Assembly (NCBI GenBank): GCA_024687185.1
Contig: JAILEX010000073.1
Span: 41 to 64,040 of the forward strand
Length of the DNA: 64,000 nucleotides
Direction: 5' to 3'
Origin: Bacilli bacterium
GTDB taxonomy: Bacteria; Bacillota_I; Bacilli_A; RFN20; CAG-826
Part shown: positions 57,777-64,000 of the stretch, in pieces
Position numbering within the stretch: position 1 is the first letter of the stretch
Layout: every line of letters starts with the position of its first letter
Notes under the pieces: generated by a model
Database searches by the model: none
What the model saw: the letters and a program-made list of their open reading frames with translations, nothing else
Told to the model about the DNA's origin: nothing
Translations under genes and position numbers: made by a program

Positions 57777-58385
57777 TTACAGCTTGCGGTTGTAGTATTC
57801 GATGATGGCGGCGTCTTTGATTTCAGGGGTTAGTTCGTTCCTTTCGGGGAGACGGACGAACTTGCCACAGAACTTTTCCTTATCGACTTCGACATAGGGG
57901 ACGAAGGCGGGAGCGGTGTCCATGGATTCCTTGACGCACTTTAGCGGGGTCTCTTCCTTGAGGGTGATGACGTCGCCGGTCTTGCAAAGATAAGAGGCGA
58001 TGTCGACCTTCTTGCCATTGACCAAGATGTGGCCATGGTTGACAAGCTGCCTGGCGCCGGCACGGGTCCTGGCGAATCCAATGCGGTAGACGAGGTTGTC
58101 AAGACGGCTCTCGAGGAGGCGGAAGAAGGCTAGACCGGTAACGGTTTCCTTATCGCGCTTGGCAAGGATGAAGAGCTTGCGGAACTGGCGCTCGTTGACG
58201 CCATAGAGGTTGCGAAGTTTCTGCTTCTCAAGAAGCTGGGTGCCGTATTCGGAGGGCTTCCTCTTACGGTCTTGGCCGTGTTGACCCGGGCCATACGGGC
58301 GTTTCTTGAGCTCTTCGCCGGTCTCAAGAATGGAGAAGTTCAAATGGCGCGATTTGCTCCATCTGCTTCCAGTGTACCTAGACAT
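57777..58385 (-). CDS. rpsD: 30S ribosomal protein S4
   Basis: MSRYTGSRWSKSRHLNFS... from ATG 58385 (RBS GAAAGGAAA). The ORF-track start 58415 is an upstream extension. Contains an S4 RNA-binding domain (LDNLVYRIGFARTRAGARQLVNHGHILVNGKKV). Confidence 0.95.
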   Translation of the reverse strand: MSRYTGSRWSKSRHLNFSILETGEELKKRPYGPGQHGQDRKRKPSEYGTQLLEKQKLRNLYGVNERQFRKLFILAKRDKETVTGLAFFRLLESRLDNLVYRIGFARTRAGARQLVNHGHILVNGKKVDIASYLCKTGDVITLKEETPLKCVKESMDTAPAFVPYVEVDKEKFCGKFVRLPERNELTPEIKDAAIIEYYNRKL

Positions 58386-58544
58386 ATGTTTGGTTTCCTT
58401 TCTTTGGCTGTGCAAAGGTTAGGTGCTTCCCCTCTCTTCCCGGGTGTCGCTAGGTTCAGCCCAAGTAGCTGCAGGGCTTACTGATGTTAGTTTTAGCGAC
58501 GTCAGGCGGAAGAATGGAAACATGCTTCTTTCCACGCAAGCGTA

Positions 58545-58573
58545 AATATACGCGCACAAGGATTAGGAGTCAA
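58545..58573 (-). promoter_or_regulatory. rpsD promoter, implying a ~150-nt 5' UTR
   Basis: On the - strand: TTGACT (58568-58573), 17 nt, TATATT (58545-58550). Confidence 0.6.
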
Positions 58574-58851
58574 TAACATGTTGCGATTGGCGTTTTCCCT
58601 GAGTTTTGGCGATTTGCCGATTTTTACATATGCCTATGTAATATTTTCGGTGCCAAAAAATCGAAAATGAATGCATGGTCCACATATTTATACACTGTAT
58701 AGTCGGCAAAAATTACATTTCAAAATGGATGAAAACGGGATTTGGGCAAAAAAAGGAAGCAAAAATAGGGTAAAAATCAAGCGATAAAAACGTTGAATAT
58801 TTGCCTTCAATCCCCTCGCGCATACGGGAATATGCGTGCTAAAATATCTAT

Positions 58852-60582
58852 ATGCAGTTATCTAGCAACGTTTTTGTTATCCTTGATGCCACCGTCCCGC
58901 TTATCGTCGGGCTGTCCGTGGGATTCGTCGCGCTTATCGGCCTAGCCGTTTTGCTTTATTTCACCTTGTTCGCCCACATGATCCTTAAGAAGAAGGTCAG
59001 GGAAGCCGAAAGGAAATTCGAATACCTCCACGCATTGTTGATGGGACAGGATTCCCAATACATCAAGCGCATCGAGATCATCTCCCAAACCAACCTCGTC
59101 TATTGCGATATCCACCTCGCCTATTCCAAGAGGTTCAAGGAAATCCGCGACAATAGCGATTCCTTCATGCAGACCGAAATCAACCGCATTCGCGACCTCG
59201 TCGATGAGCATAACTACAAAAGCCTAAGGATCGAGCTTCCCCACGTTAAGGAGGAACTCGCCGAATTCGAGGCCAAGGTCAACGGGCTCAACGACGATTT
59301 GAAGACCGTCATCAAACCCGAGGAGGAATGCCATCAGATTTCCTTACAGCTTAAGGAAAGGCTTCGTCAGGTCAAACAGGACTACTACGTGAAGCAAACC
59401 GAGCTCTTTCTAGTCGCCGATTCCTTCGAAAAGGTCTTCTCTAGGCTAGACGAAGTATTCCATACCTTCGAGGATTTCGTCGATTCGGGCCATTATGAAG
59501 AGGCCAAGGAAACGTTAAAGACCACCCCCGCGATCATCGATGAGCTCTCTAGGGACCTCGCGGTATTGCCGGACCTTTGCATCTCCATCCAATCCGTCTT
59601 GCCCGATAAGATCAACTCCCTTCGCAACCGCTATGAGACCATGATCGACGAGGGCTATCCCCTATTCATGATCATGCCCAAGGAAAGAACCAGCGAAATG
59701 AGCGAGGAACTTGAGGTCGTCACCAGAAAAGTGCAAAGCTTCAAACTCGCCGGCATCCAAGACGAACTCGATGGCATCTCCGCCGAGATCGAGGAATATT
59801 TCGACGCCTTTGAAAAGGAGAAGGTCGCCAGGGTCAAATTCGAGAACGAATGCGAAGGCATCTATCAGGAAAACTCCCTTATCGAACAAAAGAACATCCG
59901 CTTGATGAACGCGATCCCGGATATCAAAAAAGCCTATGCGATCCCCGCGGAAGAACAGGCCAAGGTCGACGGCATCAAAGCCCTTATTTCCAAAGCCAGC
60001 GCCACCAAGCGTAACCTAGACACCTATATCCATAGCGCGGATAACCAGCCCTATACGGTACTCGTGGAGAAGATGTACCTCCTCCGCGACGAAGCGCAAG
60101 ACGCCGAAAGGGCGATTCAGGAATTCAACGATTACCTCCAATCCCTTAAATCCGATAGCGAAAACGCCCTTCGTCAGGTTGCCGTCTACTATGAGATGAT
60201 GCAATCCAGCGAAATCGTTTTGAGGAAGATAAACATCTCGAGCGTCACCGAGGAATATTCGCCCCGCATCGCCGAGCTTTACCAGACGATAGACAAGATA
60301 TTCAACCTCCTCTATACCCGCCCGATAGACGTCGTGGCGATCAATAGCCTCGTCGAGGGGCTGATGAGAGAAGGGGACGACGTCTGCTCTGGCATCAAAA
60401 AGCTATACGATTCCATGATCATGGCCGATGCCGCCATCTTGATGGCCAACCGCGAGAGGAAGGACTTCTCCCAGATGAACGTCATCCTCCAACAGACCGA
60501 AAAGCTCTACTTCGCGGGCCAATTCGAAACTTGCTACGAGGACACAAGGGCCGCCATTCAGCGTCTCCGCTTCAACGAATAG
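58852..60582 (+). CDS. ezrA: Septation ring formation regulator EzrA
   Basis: 576 aa. A single N-terminal TM helix followed by a long helical-repeat cytoplasmic part. N-terminal region (KKVREAERKFEYLHALLMGQDSQYIKRIE...) and length are typical of EzrA. Ends with TAG. Confidence 0.85.
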   Translation: MQLSSNVFVILDATVPLIVGLSVGFVALIGLAVLLYFTLFAHMILKKKVREAERKFEYLHALLMGQDSQYIKRIEIISQTNLVYCDIHLAYSKRFKEIRDNSDSFMQTEINRIRDLVDEHNYKSLRIELPHVKEELAEFEAKVNGLNDDLKTVIKPEEECHQISLQLKERLRQVKQDYYVKQTELFLVADSFEKVFSRLDEVFHTFEDFVDSGHYEEAKETLKTTPAIIDELSRDLAVLPDLCISIQSVLPDKINSLRNRYETMIDEGYPLFMIMPKERTSEMSEELEVVTRKVQSFKLAGIQDELDGISAEIEEYFDAFEKEKVARVKFENECEGIYQENSLIEQKNIRLMNAIPDIKKAYAIPAEEQAKVDGIKALISKASATKRNLDTYIHSADNQPYTVLVEKMYLLRDEAQDAERAIQEFNDYLQSLKSDSENALRQVAVYYEMMQSSEIVLRKINISSVTEEYSPRIAELYQTIDKIFNLLYTRPIDVVAINSLVEGLMREGDDVCSGIKKLYDSMIMADAAILMANRERKDFSQMNVILQQTEKLYFAGQFETCYEDTRAAIQRLRFNE

Positions 60583-60585
60583 ACC

Positions 60586-61719
60586 ATGATTTACCTAGAT
60601 TATGCCTCGACGGAAAGAATGTCCGACGAGTCCTTTGAGAAGTATAAGGAACTGTCTTTTTCCCATTTTGGCAACGCCGGCAGCACCCATGCCTATGGCC
60701 GCGATGCCTCTAGGCTACTAGAGGGTTTCCGCAAGTGTTGCCTAAAGGCACTGGGAGTGGAGAAAACCCACGACATCATCTTCACTTCCGGGGCGAGCGA
60801 AAGCAACAACATGGCGATAAAATCAATCGCCTTCCAATACCAAAACCGCGGCAAGAGAATCATTTCCTCTTCCGCCGAACATGCTTCCGTCAGCGCCTCG
60901 TTAAGCCAGTTAAAGGATAGCTTTGGCTTTGATGTCGCTCTTCTTGACGCAAAAAAAAGCGGGGCCATCGATCCAAGGGAATTAGAAGAGGTAATCGACA
61001 AATCGACGATCCTGGTGACCCTAATCGGGGTCAATAACGAAACCGGTGCCATCAGCCCCATAAAGGAAGTCGCCGAGATCGTTTCCAAATACCCGAAATG
61101 CTATTTCCATGTCGACGCCACCCAGGCGATAGGCAAGGCCAAGATCGACTATTCCAAAGTCGACCTCATCTCCTTAAGCGCCCATAAATTCGGCGGCCCT
61201 AAGGGAGTAGGCATCTTAGCCTATAGGAAGAACATCAGCTTCCTGCCCCTAGTCTCTGGGGGTTCGCAGGAACATGGCCTTCGCGGCGGGACGCAGGATC
61301 TGCCTTCCATCGGCTCCATGGCCGTGGCGTTAGAATCGACCATGAAGTCGCCTTTGCCTAATGCCCGTGTCCATTCCCTTGCGTTGAAGATAAGGGATTA
61401 TGTGGCCAATAACCCCACCTTATTAAGGCTAAATTCCCCAGAGAACGCCTCCGATTTCATCGTGAATTTCTCCTTCTTGGTCCATAAGGCCAGCGTCGTG
61501 CTTGAGGCGCTATCGGAAAGAGAAATCTACGTTTCTAGCGTCGCCGCGTGTTCAAGCAAGGGCGAACCCCTTTCCCACGTCCTTCTTTCGATGGGCCTAG
61601 ACAGGGGATTGGCCGGAAATTCCATGCGCGTCTCCTTCGATAGGGACACAAAGGAAGAAGACGTCGACACCTTCTTAAACGCATTAACCGATATATTAAA
61701 GGAGCTCTCACCTAGATGA
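60586..61719 (+). CDS. Cysteine desulfurase (NifS/IscS class, ThiI-partner type)
   Basis: 377 aa. PLP-lysine context SLSAHKFGGPKGVG and the active-site Cys loop SSVAACSS. The stop overlaps the thiI ATG. Confidence 0.9.
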   Translation: MIYLDYASTERMSDESFEKYKELSFSHFGNAGSTHAYGRDASRLLEGFRKCCLKALGVEKTHDIIFTSGASESNNMAIKSIAFQYQNRGKRIISSSAEHASVSASLSQLKDSFGFDVALLDAKKSGAIDPRELEEVIDKSTILVTLIGVNNETGAISPIKEVAEIVSKYPKCYFHVDATQAIGKAKIDYSKVDLISLSAHKFGGPKGVGILAYRKNISFLPLVSGGSQEHGLRGGTQDLPSIGSMAVALESTMKSPLPNARVHSLALKIRDYVANNPTLLRLNSPENASDFIVNFSFLVHKASVVLEALSEREIYVSSVAACSSKGEPLSHVLLSMGLDRGLAGNSMRVSFDRDTKEEDVDTFLNALTDILKELSPR

Positions 61720-62930
61720 AACCCGATTCCATCCTCGTCCATTTCGGGGAACTCTCCACCAAAGGCGATAACCGCAAGTAGTTCGTCAGCTGTTTGTATT
61801 CCAATATCAAGAATACCCTGAAATCCTTCTCCACCCTTTCTTTCCAAAAGGATAGGGACCATATCCTAATCAACCTAGGTGAGGAAGATGCGGAGGAAGT
61901 GCTTGAAAAAGCCTGCAACATCGCTGGCATCCAGCGTCTTTCCTTATGCTATGTTTGCGATAGCGTATACGAGAAAATCGCAACGGCGGCATTAGAGATC
62001 ATCAAAGACGAAGAAGGCTCCACCTTCAAGGTAAAGGCGCACCGCATCGATAAATCCTTCCCGATTCCCTCAATGGAACTCGCGGCAAAACTAGGAGGGG
62101 TCATCCTCCATAATATCCCCTCCCTAAGCGTCGACGTCCATAATCCGGATATCACCCTGAAAGTGGACGTTAAGCCCAAGCAGACCTTCATCTACTGCAA
62201 GGAAGCCCTAGGCTTAGGTGGATATCCTTTGGGGATGAACGGCAAGGTCACGATGCTTCTTAGCGGTGGCATCGATTCCCCCGTCGCGGCCTATTCCTTG
62301 ATTAGGCGCGGCATCAAGGTCGAATGCCTCCATTTCGCCGCGCCTCCCTATACTAGCGACGCGGTCATCGACAAATTGACCGACATCATGGGCGTGCTCA
62401 ATAACTACCAGGAGCAGATCCGCCTTCAGGTCATCCCCTTTACGAAGCTTCAGATGGCGATCTACGCCAACGCCGCCGAACCCTATTGCATCACCATCAT
62501 GAGAAGGATGATGATGAGAATCGCGGCCAAGGCAAAGGAAAGGAACCATGCCCTAGCCATCGCCACGGGAGAAAGCGTGGGACAGGTTGCTTCGCAAACG
62601 TTGGAATCGCTTAACGTCATTAACGAAGTCACCAACATCCCGGTCCTCCGTCCCCTCGCCACCAGCGACAAGCTTTCGATCATCGCTACCTCCAAAAAGA
62701 TCGGAACCTACGATATTTCCATTAGACCCTATGAGGATTGCTGTACGATCTTCACACCCAAAAACCCAAAGACCAAGCCAAGTTTGAAGGACGCCAAATT
62801 CTATGAATCCAAGTTCGATTTCGAATCGATGATAGAAGAAGCGCTCGACAATAGTTACTTCATAACCGTCAAAGACGGCGAAGTCATCGATAAGAAGATG
62901 GCGTATCAGAAGAAAAACCAAGATGAATAA
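61716..62930 (+). pseudogene. thiI: tRNA 4-thiouridine synthase ThiI, interrupted by an in-frame TAG at codon 22
   Basis: ATG 61716 gives MKPDSILVHFGELSTKGDNRK, then TAG (61779-61781), then FVSCLYSNIKNTLK... in the same frame. Both halves align with the canonical ThiI N-terminus (ILVRFGEISTKGKNRKKFIEKL in B. subtilis, from memory). The downstream ORF (61794-62930) carries the THUMP and PP-loop regions (LLSGGIDSPVAAY). Confidence 0.75.
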
Positions 62931-64000
62931 GTCCCAATTCGATATCGCAATAGACCGCTACCAAAGCGATTCCGAACGCTATAACGTGAAAAAGGGTTTT
63001 ATCCCCCTAACGATAGCCGATACCGATTTCATAACCGCTAAAAGCGTATTAGACGCCATAAAGAATAGGGCCGAACACCCTCTTTTGGGCTACCCCAAAC
63101 TAAACGAGGAATGGAAGAAGGAGTGCGCCGATTTCTACCAAAGAAGGTTTGGTTTGTCTTTGAATATCGATAAAATCGGTTACGCAAGTAGCGTTCTTGC
63201 CATCATCGACGCTTTTTTGTTCCGTTTCACCAAACCTAGCGACGGCGTAGTCGTCACAGGGCCCGTCTATAATTGTTTCTATTCCTGCATCGAACATACG
63301 GGAAGAAAGGTGGTCGATGTCCCTATAAAGGATAATCGCCTGGATTTCCTTGCCCTAGAGGAAGCGTTTAAAACCAATAAGGCAATGGTCCTTTGCTCTC
63401 CCCATAATCCCCTTGGCATAGGCTTTGGGAAAGAGGATTTGGATAGGCTTTTCCTCCTCGCCAAAGAATATGGCGTTATTATCCTTAGCGATGAGATACA
63501 TGGCCTGTTGTCTTTGGATTATGCATACACGCCCTCGCTATCTTTGCCTTCCGCAGTCTCCAATGTCATTATGGCCGTGAGCCCTAGCAAGGCCTTCAAT
63601 ACGGCTGGCATACACGCGGCGATGTTTGCTTGCCTAGACCAAAACCTATTTGACCAAATCCAGGAACAGCTTTTCTATCTAGATACGGGGGAACCCAATG
63701 TTTTCGCCCAACCCGTTTTGGAATCCGCCTATAGGGAAGGCGACGGTTATCTAGATGCCCTATTGTCCTATTTAAAGGATAACCGCGCCTATCTATACGA
63801 AAAGCTTAACAGGATACCAGGGCTAAAAATGGAAAAAGCCCCATTCACCTATCTTGCCTGGATCGATACTAGGGATATTTGCTTAGACGAAAAAGAACTA
63901 TTGCCCTATCTGGAGGATGCGGGAGTGGGACTTGCCCCCGGAAGCCATTATGGAAAATATGGCAAAGGGTTCCTAAGGCTTAATTTCGCTACCCCAAAGG
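62923..64000 (+). CDS. MalY/PatB-type PLP-dependent C-S lyase (aminotransferase class I/II), 3' end outside the window
   Basis: An open frame runs from ATG 62923 to the window end. It is absent from the ORF track because no stop is reached. N-terminus FDIAIDRYQSDSERYNV, LCSPHNPLG, the PLP-lysine context SPSKAFNTAG and FLRLNFATP. Overlaps the thiI end by 8 nt. Confidence 0.8.
   Translation, partial: MNKSQFDIAIDRYQSDSERYNVKKGFIPLTIADTDFITAKSVLDAIKNRAEHPLLGYPKLNEEWKKECADFYQRRFGLSLNIDKIGYASSVLAIIDAFLFRFTKPSDGVVVTGPVYNCFYSCIEHTGRKVVDVPIKDNRLDFLALEEAFKTNKAMVLCSPHNPLGIGFGKEDLDRLFLLAKEYGVIILSDEIHGLLSLDYAYTPSLSLPSAVSNVIMAVSPSKAFNTAGIHAAMFACLDQNLFDQIQEQLFYLDTGEPNVFAQPVLESAYREGDGYLDALLSYLKDNRAYLYEKLNRIPGLKMEKAPFTYLAWIDTRDICLDEKELLPYLEDAGVGLAPGSHYGKYGKGFLRLNFATPK

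Noticed and set aside
60580-60588. The ezrA TAG stop is in frame with the downstream cysteine desulfurase ATG (6 nt later), suggesting a readthrough fusion
   Set aside because: Both proteins have normal stand-alone lengths and unrelated functions. The in-frame arrangement has a 1-in-3 chance of occurring by accident.
61779-61781. TAG reassignment (e.g. pyrrolysine or another sense reading) as the explanation for the in-frame TAG in thiI
   Set aside because: TAG ends the aldolase (10948-10950), ruvX (36517-36519), pdxK (43421-43423) and ezrA (60580-60582) genes at normal protein lengths. No pyl genes are seen. A local mutation or sequencing error is more parsimonious.

Overview
The window is a densely coded 64 kb chromosomal segment from a moderate-GC, Gram-positive-type (Bacillota or Mollicutes-related) bacterium. 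It uses the standard genetic code: TGA, TAA and TAG all end genes at expected lengths, and Trp is TGG. I support about 50 genes.

Gene content:
- Housekeeping: leuS, groES-groEL behind a CIRCE-like element, tyrS, rpsD, ezrA, a cysteine desulfurase-thiI pair, trmB, coaX, cysK, pdxK, ruvX, pepV and ugd.
- Transport: a phnD-C-E-E phosphonate-type ABC operon with a coupled P-loop kinase, a YtrA-type GntR/ABC/permease operon, and a heterodimeric ABC exporter pair.
- Secreted or surface hydrolases: S8 protease, U32 and M13 peptidases, GH13 amylase, GH5 and a type-B esterase.
- Envelope: many LASC-lipobox lipoproteins and C-terminal TM anchors, with no LPXTG motifs.

Most interesting accessory content:
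1. A single 588-aa ORF (39806-41572) fuses a TIR-like N-terminus, an uncharacterised middle domain and a C-terminal Nudix hydrolase. It lies in a small islet headed by a tyrosine integrase that is bracketed by imperfect direct repeats, inserted between ruvX and cysK.
2. A translationally coupled two-gene operon (17754-20317) encodes a double-GNAT acetyltransferase and a canonical TIR-domain protein with a degenerate methyltransferase-like C-terminal domain.

Neither locus resembles a textbook Thoeris, CBASS or SPARTA arrangement. Both are candidate NAD-linked immune or toxin modules, and their novelty cannot be verified without database searches.

Other observations include an in-frame TAG in thiI, candidate leaderless promoters, an orphan terminator-flanked spacer and a perfect 15-bp x3 coding repeat. 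No rRNA, tRNA or CRISPR array was seen. All calls rest on reading the sequence and recalled family motifs; nothing was computed or searched.
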